A stretch of DNA of 64,000 nt from Myxococcota bacterium. Lineage in GTDB: Bacteria; Myxococcota_A; SURF-8. A program made the position numbers and the translations under genes. Each line of letters opens with the position of its first letter. The stretch's first letter is position 1. Under the pieces are notes generated by a model that was not told the origin of the DNA, did no database searches, and saw nothing but the letters and a program-made list of their open reading frames with translations. The DNA is taken from assembly GCA_963674735.2 (NCBI GenBank), contig CAXXQS010000002.1:608001-672000 (forward strand), written 5' to 3'. Of this stretch, positions 54,773 through 64,000 are shown in pieces.

Positions 54773-56698
54773 CTACCGGCCCTCGGGAGTGGCGGTCGCC
54801 TGCGGGGGGCGCGTGATGGGCGAGTAATATTCGTTCGGGCGATGCTTCGCCGCATGCCCCGTACTTTTTTCATACCAGGCCGCGATCACGTCACGCACCA
54901 ACGGCGCCATCCACGATCCATGTTCACCATGCTCGGCCACAGCAACCACGACCACCTGGGGTTTCTCGACCGGGGCGTAGCCCACAAACCAGGCATGATC
55001 CTTGAGCTGGTAGTCGTCGAAGCTGCGCTGCCCTTTGGCCAGACGCGCCACCTGCGACGTTCCCGTCTTACCCGCAAAACGCGGCTCGATCAGCCGAGAC
55101 AGATAAGCCGTGCCCCCTTGTTCATTGACCACCGCTTCCAAGCCCTCGCGCACCGCTTGCAAGATTTCGGGATCGGCGTCCAGCACACGTTTCACTTCGG
55201 GTTTATAATGGCGCACCAACCCGCCATCGATCCGCCGCACGTCCGTGACCAACTGCGGCCGCACCACCTTGCCGCCGTTGGCGACGGCAGCGTAAAGCAC
55301 CGCCAGTTGCAACGGGCTGACTTTGAGATCGCCCTGACCGATCACATGCGACATGGTATCGCCGGGAAACCAGCGCCGGTCGTAGGTTTTTTCGTGCCAG
55401 GCGGCATCGGGCAGACGCCCGGCCGTCTCGGACCCGATCCCCGACCCGGGCATTTCGCCCAAGCCGAACTCGGCGGCCACCTCGACGATCGGCTCGAAAC
55501 CGAGTTGCTCACCGACCCAGTAAAAATAAACGTCGCAGGACTCTTTGATCGCTCGGCGTAAATTCACCGTTCCATGCCCGCTACGTCGCCAGCAATGGAA
55601 GGGATGATCGCCGATTTTGCGCACGCCATAACAGACGGTACTGGAACTCGGGCCGATCTCCTCCGACCTCAATGCCGCGACGGCCGGAACCACCTTGTAG
55701 GTCGAGCCCGGAAAATAGGAAGCCTGACTCACCTTATCCATCAAAGGATCGAGCACCGAATCGCGGTAGCGCGACCAATCGTTTTGGGAGATGCCGTCCG
55801 CGAATTTGTTGGGATCGAAACCGGGCATGGAAAGCCAGGCCTTGATCCAGCCGGTCTCCACCTCCATCACCACCACCGCTCCCGCCTGTGCCCCGAAAGC
55901 GGTCCGCGCCGCGGCCTGCAAATCAAGGTCCAGCGACGAAACCACGTCATGGCCGGGAACCGGCGGCGTATAAATGTCCCCTTTCAACAGCACTTCGGCT
56001 TCGCGTTTGGCCTTCATCCGTCCCTGGGCGTCCACCACCACCCGCTGCAAACCGTGGCGACCGCGCAGGTCTTTTTCGAAAGCCTCTTCGATTCCTTTTT
56101 TGCCGATGGTGTCGAAAGACAGGTAATCGGGCCGCGCCTTGAGTTCGCGAGCGGTAATACGACCGACAAAGCCCACCGGATGCGACACAAGCAGGTCGTG
56201 GGGATAGCCGCGCCGCGGACCGGGCCGCACCGTCACCCCCGAAAAATCCAATTTGTGGCTCTCGATCAGGGCGAGTTGATCGCGGGAAATATCGCCTTTA
56301 ACCCGAATCTCACGAAACCGCCGCAAGCCGCGCGCTGTCTCGGCCGCATGGCGTAAACGTAAGACCTCTTCGCTCGACAGATTCAGATACCCCTCCAGCT
56401 TCAGCAACACGGCATCGGCATCGCCGCAAAAAGCCGGAGTAAAATAGACATTGTAGGCCGGACGGTCCTGGGCCAGCGGGCGCTGCTCGGCATCGAGAAT
56501 CCGCCCGCGCAGAGAGGGAATCACTCGCTCCTGGACGAAATTTTCCTCCGACAGCTCCAAGTACTCGCTCCCCTTGGAAAGCTGCAGGTAGGTCAACCGG
56601 AAGGCGAGGATCAAAAAAGCCGTCAACACCGCCACCGCCAGCCACGGATAACGGTTGCGAAATTCCTTGATTACGGTGAGTTTGGATTCCAGTCGCAT
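54773..56698 (-). CDS. mrdA: Penicillin-binding protein 2
   Basis: N-terminal TM, RG.I.D, dimerisation domain; STYK (SxxK), SCD (SxD), KTGT, DHAWF. Confidence 0.92.
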   Translation of the reverse strand: MRLESKLTVIKEFRNRYPWLAVAVLTAFLILAFRLTYLQLSKGSEYLELSEENFVQERVIPSLRGRILDAEQRPLAQDRPAYNVYFTPAFCGDADAVLLKLEGYLNLSSEEVLRLRHAAETARGLRRFREIRVKGDISRDQLALIESHKLDFSGVTVRPGPRRGYPHDLLVSHPVGFVGRITARELKARPDYLSFDTIGKKGIEEAFEKDLRGRHGLQRVVVDAQGRMKAKREAEVLLKGDIYTPPVPGHDVVSSLDLDLQAAARTAFGAQAGAVVVMEVETGWIKAWLSMPGFDPNKFADGISQNDWSRYRDSVLDPLMDKVSQASYFPGSTYKVVPAVAALRSEEIGPSSSTVCYGVRKIGDHPFHCWRRSGHGTVNLRRAIKESCDVYFYWVGEQLGFEPIVEVAAEFGLGEMPGSGIGSETAGRLPDAAWHEKTYDRRWFPGDTMSHVIGQGDLKVSPLQLAVLYAAVANGGKVVRPQLVTDVRRIDGGLVRHYKPEVKRVLDADPEILQAVREGLEAVVNEQGGTAYLSRLIEPRFAGKTGTSQVARLAKGQRSFDDYQLKDHAWFVGYAPVEKPQVVVVAVAEHGEHGSWMAPLVRDVIAAWYEKSTGHAAKHRPNEYYSPITRPPQATATPEGR

Positions 56699-56709
56699 GG
56701 CACCGCCAT

Positions 56710-56736
56710 AAAAAACGGGCTCCGATCGGGAGCCCG
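56710..56736 (-). terminator. Terminator-like hairpin between the TPR lipoprotein gene and mrdA
   Basis: A6 then CGGGCTCC-GATCG-GGAGCCCG. Confidence 0.65.
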
Positions 56737-56761
56737 GTCCATGTTCCGAATGAGCGGGTCG

Positions 56762-57688
56762 TTACGGCTTGGCAGCCCCGTCGACCGCGCGCTCTTTACC
56801 CTCGGCTTCCTCAAGCTCCTTGCGAGCGGCTTCCAGTTCGCGTTTGAGGGCTTTGAGCTTGCTTTTGGTCTTGACCTCTTCGATCCAGAAGAAGCTCACC
56901 TCTTCACCCGGCTGACGGGCACGACGTCCGCCCTTGCGCAGATGTTCCGCCGCCAGTTGCGCGCGGGATTTCACCTCGTAACCGAGGGTTTCGATTTTCG
57001 CGATCGCCTCATAGGCTTCCAAGGCGTCTTTATAACGTTCGTTGTCATACAGGAATTTGGCATAGCGGTCGAACCAGCGACCATTTTTCGGATCTTTGCC
57101 TGCCAGCCATTTGAACATCTCCATGACGATCTCGTGCTGCGCGATAGGAATCTCCTGCTGGATGATTTCCTTCTTTTCCTTGTTATTCTCGTCGGTGATG
57201 ATCACTTCTTCTTCACGCACCAAGACGCGGGCCTCCGCGGCCTCGCAGCCGGTGAACTCGCAATATTTGCTCACGGCCTGCGGATAGGCGTCCCACTCGG
57301 CCAAGTAGCTGATAAAACGGAAATAAGCGGCATCGATGTAAGGCTTGGGAACCACCTTGCGGCAGGAGAAGGTTTTCAATTCCGCCATCACGCGATCCCA
57401 GGTATCCACCGTTTTGGCTTGCGCCAGCATTTCCTGGTAGTTTTCGGCGCGCCGTTCACAGTCCTTATCGGCCTGTTCAACCATCTTCACCTTGGACTGG
57501 CGGATCATCTCCTCCACCTGGATGAAGTGGTCGTTGTCTTTTTTCGCCGCTTCGAGCAGGGGAAGCGCCTGCTCATAGGCACCCTGGTCGAACAGTTCTT
57601 TTCCCTGTTCATACGACGACTTACCGCAGCCGGTCACGACCAGCACCACGCACGCCACACCGACGATCCAACCGCTGACACCCCGCAT
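56762..57688 (-). CDS. Helical/TPR-like lipoprotein
   Basis: GAGGAG RBS, lipobox VTGC, TPR-like segments ('YEQGKELFDQGAYEQALPLLEAA'), C-terminal coiled coil. Confidence 0.72.
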   Translation of the reverse strand: MRGVSGWIVGVACVVLVVTGCGKSSYEQGKELFDQGAYEQALPLLEAAKKDNDHFIQVEEMIRQSKVKMVEQADKDCERRAENYQEMLAQAKTVDTWDRVMAELKTFSCRKVVPKPYIDAAYFRFISYLAEWDAYPQAVSKYCEFTGCEAAEARVLVREEEVIITDENNKEKKEIIQQEIPIAQHEIVMEMFKWLAGKDPKNGRWFDRYAKFLYDNERYKDALEAYEAIAKIETLGYEVKSRAQLAAEHLRKGGRRARQPGEEVSFFWIEEVKTKSKLKALKRELEAARKELEEAEGKERAVDGAAKP

Positions 57689-57774
57689 AAGCATTCTCCT
57701 CAAACGACTTGTTCGGTTTGCTCAATGTTCACCGGACGCTATCACATCACCCAAATAAAGTCAACACCTCCAAA

Positions 57775-57803
57775 TTGACTTCCCCACGCCCCTATGCTAG
57801 AAT
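57775..57803 (+). promoter_or_regulatory. Sigma-70 promoter upstream of romR
   Basis: TTGACT-N17-TAGAAT with extended -10 TG. Confidence 0.65.
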
Positions 57804-57872
57804 AATCGTTAATTAATTTAGGGTTTTAGACCCTGTTACCCTGACCGTCCGCACAACCGCAAGGAGTGGAGC

Positions 57873-60227
57873 ATGGCGTGGACCATCCTGCTGGTCGATG
57901 ACAGCCGCACAATACAAGAAATCGTCCGAATGTCCTTTATGAAAACCGAGTTCAACCTCGTCTGCGCCTCCGACGCCGAGAACGGTTTGCGCATGGCCGC
58001 CGAGGTCTCGCCCTCTCTGATTCTGGTCGATCTGCGTCTGCCGGAAATGGACGGCTATGCCTTTTGCGAAGCCGTGAAAAAAGAGGCGGCTCTGTCTGCC
58101 ATCCCGGTGATGCTGCTGGCCGGAAAACACATCGAGGTGGATCGCGCGCGCTCGAAAGAGGTCGGCGCCCAAGGCGTGTTCATCAAACCCTTCGATAGCC
58201 AGGACCTGATCGATCAGGCGGCCATGCTGTGCGAAGCCGCCGACGAAACCGCTCCGGCCGAAGCGGCACTACCCGCCGACAAGCCCATGGTCGCCGAAGA
58301 AGCGGAACCCGTCGAGGAACCGGAGCCCATCGAGGAGCTGGAACCCGTCGAGGAACTGGAACCCATGGCGGATGAGGAACCACTGTCGGCAGAGGGACTC
58401 ATCACAACCGACAGCGTCCTTCAACAGGTTCAAGCCGACGCCCCGGCAGAGGACGATGCATTGACGCATTTCCCACTCACCGGTCAGGATGAGGCTACCC
58501 AAGCCGAAATGGCGGAGTTGGTAGGCGAATTGGACGGACCGTCCGTCGAAGAACCGATCGAAAACATCGAAGGCGGAAGCGTGGATCTCCTGCAGGACAA
58601 TCTGGGTGAAACACAATTCATCCCCCCGCGGGAAGCCGAACGCCGGGCGGAAGACAAAGCCCTGGTGGATCTGGCCATGGATCTGAATCCCGAGGATGAT
58701 ATAGCCGCAGCCGAACATCTGGACGGCCCGGTGGAATTGTCCGACGAAGAAGCCGCCGGTCTGCTGGTGGAAATCGATGAAGACGACGACATCGAAATCG
58801 AAGAACTGGACATCGGCGACGAAGAAAACGAACAAACCCGCATGGAACGGCTGCGACGCATGCCGTTGTCCGAAGCGGTCCAAGGCGAGGCGATTCAGGA
58901 CGACCACGCCAAGTCCGATGACCTCGATCCCTTCGGTCTGGGCTTCGAAACCGAGGCGGCCGGGGAGGCACCGCTGGGCGACGAAATCGTGCCGATGGAC
59001 GAGACCGCCCTGGAACCCATAGAGGACGACTTCGGACTGGAAATCGAACCCCAAGCCGATGATATGGGCGAAGAACTGGATCTGGACGAACTGGAAATCG
59101 AACCGGAAGCCGTCTTCGAAGACATTCAGGTCGAAGAAGCGGAAGGCGAGGCAATCGAAGAAATCGCGCTGGCCGATGCCGTCCCGCATATCGACGAGCT
59201 CGCCCCCGTGGAACCCGAAGACGCGCCTGCCCCGGTGGAATTAACCGCGGATGAAGACGAAAGCGAAATCGTCTCGGTGGCTGAAGAACTGCCGCAAAGT
59301 GAAATACTGGAACCGGCCGAGGATGAGCCCCAACCCGTGGAGCCCGCGGCCGAACCGCAGGAAGCCTTCGTGGTCGAGCACGAAGAGGAACCCCAGATCG
59401 AATCCCAACCTGCTCCCACCGGTCCGAGTGCCGACTTCATTCTGGGCCTGTTCCGCCAGTCGATCCGCCAGGAGCTGGGTCACCTGAGCGCGCCCCCGGC
59501 CGCTGCAATGACCATGACCCCGGAATTCGAGCACAGCCTGCGCGACGTCGTGCGCCAGGAAGTCAAGGTGGCCGTCGCCACGCTGCCACAGGCCGCCCAA
59601 GGCGACGGAACCGCCCCGCAGATGGATCAGCAGGAAATGATCGCCGCCATCCGTCAGGCCGTGCGCGCCGAAGTCAACGAGACCATCAACGACGCCGTCA
59701 AGGCTGCCGTAGAGGCCGCCGTGACTGCCCCGGCCACCCCCGAAGCCGCTCTCGGCAAGGAAGACATCGAAGACATCGTGGGCCGCGTGGTGGGTCGCGA
59801 ACTGGCCGCCGCCATGGAAAATCTGCCGAAACCCGAAGCGCCCCCCACCCCTGCCGATCTGGCCGAGGTCTTGGTCGAGCGCCTGAGCGGACTCTTTGGC
59901 GAGTTGCGTGAAGCGGCAGCCGCCCCGGTTTCACTCGAAGCGGGCACCGTGGAAGAAATCCATACCTGGATCCAATCGGCGTTGAGCGAACTACCTTCCG
60001 CCGACGAACTGAGCCGGATGCTGTCCGGCGGCGGCGCAACGAGCACACCCGCCGGCGACGGCACGGCGCCCGCCACCGATCTCAATGGGATACGCAACCT
60101 CATGCGCGAGGAACTGGCCGCCCTGACCGGCCGCACACTCGAAGCCGTGGTTTGGGAAGTCGTTCCCGATCTCGCCGAACAGATCATCAAGAAGGAACTT
60201 GACCGGCTGACGGCCGACCGCGTATAA
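57873..60227 (+). CDS. romR: RomR-like polarity response regulator (REC, long acidic linker, conserved C-terminal helix)
   Basis: REC 'LLVDDS.TI...V.M.F', 'IPVMLLAG', 'KPF.SQ.L'; C-terminus 'LEAVVWEVVPDLAEQIIKKELDRL' matches the RomR C-terminal WEVVP motif. Confidence 0.75.
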   Translation: MAWTILLVDDSRTIQEIVRMSFMKTEFNLVCASDAENGLRMAAEVSPSLILVDLRLPEMDGYAFCEAVKKEAALSAIPVMLLAGKHIEVDRARSKEVGAQGVFIKPFDSQDLIDQAAMLCEAADETAPAEAALPADKPMVAEEAEPVEEPEPIEELEPVEELEPMADEEPLSAEGLITTDSVLQQVQADAPAEDDALTHFPLTGQDEATQAEMAELVGELDGPSVEEPIENIEGGSVDLLQDNLGETQFIPPREAERRAEDKALVDLAMDLNPEDDIAAAEHLDGPVELSDEEAAGLLVEIDEDDDIEIEELDIGDEENEQTRMERLRRMPLSEAVQGEAIQDDHAKSDDLDPFGLGFETEAAGEAPLGDEIVPMDETALEPIEDDFGLEIEPQADDMGEELDLDELEIEPEAVFEDIQVEEAEGEAIEEIALADAVPHIDELAPVEPEDAPAPVELTADEDESEIVSVAEELPQSEILEPAEDEPQPVEPAAEPQEAFVVEHEEEPQIESQPAPTGPSADFILGLFRQSIRQELGHLSAPPAAAMTMTPEFEHSLRDVVRQEVKVAVATLPQAAQGDGTAPQMDQQEMIAAIRQAVRAEVNETINDAVKAAVEAAVTAPATPEAALGKEDIEDIVGRVVGRELAAAMENLPKPEAPPTPADLAEVLVERLSGLFGELREAAAAPVSLEAGTVEEIHTWIQSALSELPSADELSRMLSGGGATSTPAGDGTAPATDLNGIRNLMREELAALTGRTLEAVVWEVVPDLAEQIIKKELDRLTADRV

Positions 60228-60268
60228 CGAGGTCCGGCTTTTTCGGCCGATGTGAGCAAGCCCGTTTC

Positions 60269-60307
60269 AGACGGGGGCGGGCCGAGGGCTCGTCCCTGTC
60301 TTTTTTT
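60269..60307 (+). terminator. Intrinsic terminator between romR and valS
   Basis: AGACGGGGGCGGGCC-GAG-GGCTCGTCCCTGTCT followed by a T-run. Confidence 0.7.
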
Positions 60308-60326
60308 AGGCCAATGGAGCAGCAGC

Positions 60327-63128
60327 ATGTCGGACATTCTGAACAAAGGTTACGATCCCGCCGAGATCGAAGCGAAATGGTACCCGATCTGGGAAAAAAA
60401 CGGCTATTTCCATGCCGACGAAACCGATACCCAACGCCCGCCCTTCTGCATCGTCTACCCGCCGACCAACGTCACCGGCACCTTGCATATGGGGCATGCG
60501 CTGACGGTGGCCATTCAGGACATGATCATCCGCTGGCGTCGCATGCGCGGCGACAACGTACTGTGGCTGCCGGGTACCGACCATGCGGGCATCGCCACCC
60601 AGATGGTGGTGGAACGTAACCTGAAGGTCACGGAAGGCAAAAGCCGCCACGATCTGGGTCGCGAAGCATTTCTCGAACGCGTGTGGCAGTGGAAACATGA
60701 AAAGGGCGGACGCATCAGCGAGCAGCTGCGCGTCTTGGGCGCATCCCTCGATTGGGAGCGTGAACGCTTCACCATGGACGAGGGCTGTTCCCACGCCGTG
60801 CGTGAAACCTTCGTGCGCCTCTATGAAGAAGGCCTGATCTACCGCGCCGACCGTCTGATCAACTGGTGCCCGCGCTGCATGACGGCGCTCTCCGATCTGG
60901 AAGTCGAGCACAAAGAAGGCGTTCCCGGCGAGTTGTGGCGCTTCGCCTATCCGCTGGCCGACGGTTCGGGCGAGATCGTGGTAGCCACCACGCGTCCCGA
61001 AACCATGCTCGGCGACACGGCCATCGCCGTACACCCCGACGATCCACGCTACCAGGCCTTTATCGGCAAGAACGTCAAGCATCCGCTTCTGGGTTACGAA
61101 TTCGCCATCATCGCCGACGCCGAACTGGTCGACCCGGAATTCGGAACCGGGGCGGTGAAAGTCACCCCGGCCCACGATCCGAACGATTTCGAAACCGGCC
61201 AACGCCACAAGCTGAAGATAATCAACATCCTCAACTCCGATGGCACGCTCAACGAGCAGGCCGGGGAATTCGCCGGGATGGATCGCTTCGAGGCGCGCAA
61301 GGCCGTCAAGGAAGCCATCGAAAAGAGCGGCTTTGCCCGTGGGCGCAACGATTACGCTATGAGCATCGGTGGGTGCCAGCGTTGCGGAACCGTGGTGGAA
61401 CCCTATATCTCCAAACAATGGTTCGTCAAAGCGGGACCGCTGGCCGCCGCCGCCAGCCAGGCCGTGCGCGACCGGGAAACCGTCTTCGTGCCCGAAACCT
61501 GGGAGAAAACGTTTTTCAATTGGATGGACGACATCCGCGACTGGTGTATCTCGCGCCAGCTCTGGTGGGGCCATCGCATCCCCGCCTGGTATTGCAGCGA
61601 TTGCGGTCACATCAGCGTTTCGCGCGACGACCTCACGGCCTGCGCCAAATGCGGATCGGCCGCCATCGTCCAAGACGAGGACGTGCTCGACACCTGGTTC
61701 TCGTCGGCCCTCTGGCCCTTCTCGACCCTCGGCTGGCCCGACGAAACGCCCGATATGCAACACTTCTATCCCAACGCGATGATGGAAACGGGCTTCGACA
61801 TCATTTTCTTCTGGGTGGCGCGCATGATGATGATGGGCATCCACCTGCTCGGTAAAACGCCTTTCGCCACCGTTTACCTGCACGCCATGGTGCGCGATCA
61901 CGAAGGCCGTAAAATGAGCAAGTCGATCGGCAACGTGATCGACCCGCTGGACGTGGTGTACGGCATCGGCAAGGACGACCTGCTCGCCAAACGGCGTGCG
62001 GACGCCGAAGCGCTGGGCATCGCCCCCAAGCAGGTCGAACGCATCGTGAAAGACACACGCAAGCTGTTCGCCAAGGGCATTCCCACTTCGGGAGCCGACG
62101 CGTTGCGTTTTACGCTCTTGTCCATGGTGGGTCAGGGTCGCGACATCAAGCTCGACGTGCACCGCGTCGAAGGTTACCGTTTCTTCGCCAACAAGATCTG
62201 GAACGCCAGCCGCTTCGCCTTGATGAATCTGAAGGATTACGATCCCCAAGCCGACATCGATCCGAGCGCCTATGGTCTGGCCGAACGCTGGATTCTCTCG
62301 CGCCTGCGCCGCGCCACCCTCACCGCCAACGAGGGTTTCGAGACGCATCATTACGATCAGTCCGCCATGGCCGTGTATCATTTTTTCTGGGACGAATTCT
62401 GCGACTGGTATATCGAGTTGGCCAAGCCCACGCTTTATGCGAAGGATGACAATCCGGCGGCCCGCGCCGCCACGCAGCGCGTCCTGGTGCGCGTGCTCGA
62501 TACGGCGCTACGCCTGCTGCATCCCTTCATGCCGTTCGTCACCGAGGAAATCTGGCAGGCGCTACCGAAAAGCGAGGACCACGGACCGACGATCATGCTG
62601 GCCCCCTACCCCACCGCCGATGAATTCGCCGACGCCGAAGCCTTCGCCGCCGATGAAGCCCCCATGGCCGCCATCCAGGCCGTTATCCGGGCGGCCCGCA
62701 ACATTCGCGGTGAGTGCGGCATCGAACCGGGTCGCCGCATTCCGGTGGTGATCCAGGCCGCCGAGGCCGAGCGACGCGACCTGCTCAACCGCTACGCCGC
62801 CGAGATCCGCGACCTGGCGCGCATCGACACCCTCGATATCGTCGATCATTACGACAAGCAGGGTCCGGCCGCCAAAGGCGTCGTCACCGGTGCGGATCTG
62901 TTCGTGCCGCTGGCGGGCTTGATCGATATCGACGAGGAGATTGCGCGTGTCACCGGCCAGCTAGGCAAGATCGAAAAGGAACTCAACGGCATCGACGCCC
63001 GTCTTTCCAAGGAAAGCTTCGTCAGCCGCGCCCCGGCGGAAGTGGTGCAGAAGGAACGGGAGCGCGCCGAAGACCTACGCGCCAAACAAGCCAAACTGGC
63101 CGAACATATCGCCGAATTGAAAGGCTGA
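60327..63128 (+). CDS. valS: Valine--tRNA ligase
   Basis: NVTGTLHMGH (HIGH), PGTDHAGIATQ, TTRPET, DWCISRQLWWGH, KMSKS, C-terminal coiled coil. Confidence 0.98.
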   Translation: MSDILNKGYDPAEIEAKWYPIWEKNGYFHADETDTQRPPFCIVYPPTNVTGTLHMGHALTVAIQDMIIRWRRMRGDNVLWLPGTDHAGIATQMVVERNLKVTEGKSRHDLGREAFLERVWQWKHEKGGRISEQLRVLGASLDWERERFTMDEGCSHAVRETFVRLYEEGLIYRADRLINWCPRCMTALSDLEVEHKEGVPGELWRFAYPLADGSGEIVVATTRPETMLGDTAIAVHPDDPRYQAFIGKNVKHPLLGYEFAIIADAELVDPEFGTGAVKVTPAHDPNDFETGQRHKLKIINILNSDGTLNEQAGEFAGMDRFEARKAVKEAIEKSGFARGRNDYAMSIGGCQRCGTVVEPYISKQWFVKAGPLAAAASQAVRDRETVFVPETWEKTFFNWMDDIRDWCISRQLWWGHRIPAWYCSDCGHISVSRDDLTACAKCGSAAIVQDEDVLDTWFSSALWPFSTLGWPDETPDMQHFYPNAMMETGFDIIFFWVARMMMMGIHLLGKTPFATVYLHAMVRDHEGRKMSKSIGNVIDPLDVVYGIGKDDLLAKRRADAEALGIAPKQVERIVKDTRKLFAKGIPTSGADALRFTLLSMVGQGRDIKLDVHRVEGYRFFANKIWNASRFALMNLKDYDPQADIDPSAYGLAERWILSRLRRATLTANEGFETHHYDQSAMAVYHFFWDEFCDWYIELAKPTLYAKDDNPAARAATQRVLVRVLDTALRLLHPFMPFVTEEIWQALPKSEDHGPTIMLAPYPTADEFADAEAFAADEAPMAAIQAVIRAARNIRGECGIEPGRRIPVVIQAAEAERRDLLNRYAAEIRDLARIDTLDIVDHYDKQGPAAKGVVTGADLFVPLAGLIDIDEEIARVTGQLGKIEKELNGIDARLSKESFVSRAPAEVVQKERERAEDLRAKQAKLAEHIAELKG

Positions 63129-63161
63129 ACCGCGCACCGGTAACCGAGATGGAGGGCCGTC

Positions 63162-64000
63162 ATGTCTTACGAACGCATCCATGAAGCACACTATCTGGCG
63201 TTGGCGCTGCGCGCCCTGCGCGAAGACATCGGCACTGGCGACATCACCGCCGACGCCTGCGTCGAACCCGACAAAATCGGCTCGGGGCATATCGTCGCCA
63301 AACAGGAACTGGTGCTGTGCGGGGTCGAGGTAGCCGAAACGGTTTTCCGCAAAACCGATCGTGAATTCACCTTCCCGAAAGCACGCAAAGACAAAGACCT
63401 GCTTCAGCCCGGAGAAACGATTCTGGAAGTACGGGGCAAGGCCAATTACATGCTCAAGGCCGAACGCACCGCACTCAACTTCATGCAACATCTTTCAGGC
63501 ATCGCCACCGTCACGCGCCAGTACGTACAAGCCATCGCGGGGACACATGCCCTCGTGATCGATACGCGCAAAACCACGCCGGGTATGCGGGCGCTGGAAA
63601 AATATGCCGTGCGCTGCGGCGGCGGACACAACCACCGCTTCGGTCTGTTCGATGGCGCCCTGATCAAGGAAAACCACATCCGCGCCTGCGGCGATATCGC
63701 CCACGCCATCCAAGCGGTCCGTGGCCGCGCCCACCACCTGATGCAGATCGAGGTGGAAGTACGCGATTTCGACGAACTCGACCAGGCGCTGGCCGCCAAA
63801 GCCGACGTGGTCATGTTGGACAATTTTTCGGTGGAAGACGCCACTCGCGCCGTCGCTCATATCAACGGCCGGGCCAAAGCGGAAATCTCGGGTAACATCA
63901 ATCTACAGACCATCCGCAGCTACGCCGAAACGGGAGTCGACCTGATCTCGGTCGGCCGCATCACCCACAGCGCCCCCTCGGTGGATATCTCCATGCTGTT
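63162..64000 (+). CDS. nadC: Nicotinate-nucleotide pyrophosphorylase (carboxylating), runs off the window end
   Basis: GGAGG RBS; ALREDIGTGDIT, ERTALNF, DTRKTTPG, NHRFGL, KENHI, IEVEV, MLDNF. Absent from the ORF track because it has no stop in the window. Confidence 0.96.
   Translation, partial: MSYERIHEAHYLALALRALREDIGTGDITADACVEPDKIGSGHIVAKQELVLCGVEVAETVFRKTDREFTFPKARKDKDLLQPGETILEVRGKANYMLKAERTALNFMQHLSGIATVTRQYVQAIAGTHALVIDTRKTTPGMRALEKYAVRCGGGHNHRFGLFDGALIKENHIRACGDIAHAIQAVRGRAHHLMQIEVEVRDFDELDQALAAKADVVMLDNFSVEDATRAVAHINGRAKAEISGNINLQTIRSYAETGVDLISVGRITHSAPSVDISML

Noticed and set aside
60306-62381. Long antisense ORFs (also 10017-11714, 17668-19221, 23049-24731, 29594-31471, 51101-52861)
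   Set aside because: Shadow ORFs expected opposite GC3-rich genes. They have no recognisable motifs and lie opposite well-supported CDS.
1-64000. Mobile elements, prophage, defence systems, tRNA/rRNA
   Set aside because: No transposase, integrase, phage, nuclease/RT or structural-RNA signatures recognised. The EVE protein and the exported caspase are not in defence-island context.

Overview
GC-rich bacterial chromosome segment. It looks deltaproteobacterial/Myxococcota-like (RomR-type polarity regulator, long HflX, class II photolyase, C-terminal Cys/TM/Arg sorting signal), but that assignment is inference from gene content. About 40 CDS; I saw no rRNA, tRNA, CRISPR or mobile element. Housekeeping genes (purM, hflX, bcp, nhaA, ppiD, mrdA, valS, nadC) are interleaved with six large mosaic extracytoplasmic proteins: an Ig-like/PKD/YfaP-like lipoprotein, a GH9 lipoprotein, an S8 protease with a C-terminal anchor, a 13x Kazal lipoprotein, a 19x Cys-repeat lipoprotein and a WD40 lipoprotein. 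The strongest signal is what they share. All five lipoproteins have D-G-(D/G) at position +10/+11 counting the lipidated Cys as +1, and all six carry an acidic Asp-Gly-Asp tract close to the membrane anchor. Three also share a 39-aa six-Cys module beside that tract, and two share an unnamed ~90-95-aa domain. This may be an undescribed surface-display/export signal system. Other candidates: a sigma-54-driven small-protein/beta-barrel/ExbBD unit next to tonB with no TonB-dependent receptor in the window, an ECF sigma/anti-sigma/exported caspase triad, a likely ATC start for hflX, a three-hairpin RNA behind a tandem operator, and an orphan AT-rich interval between two convergent terminators. All family calls come from motif recognition by eye; no searches were run.
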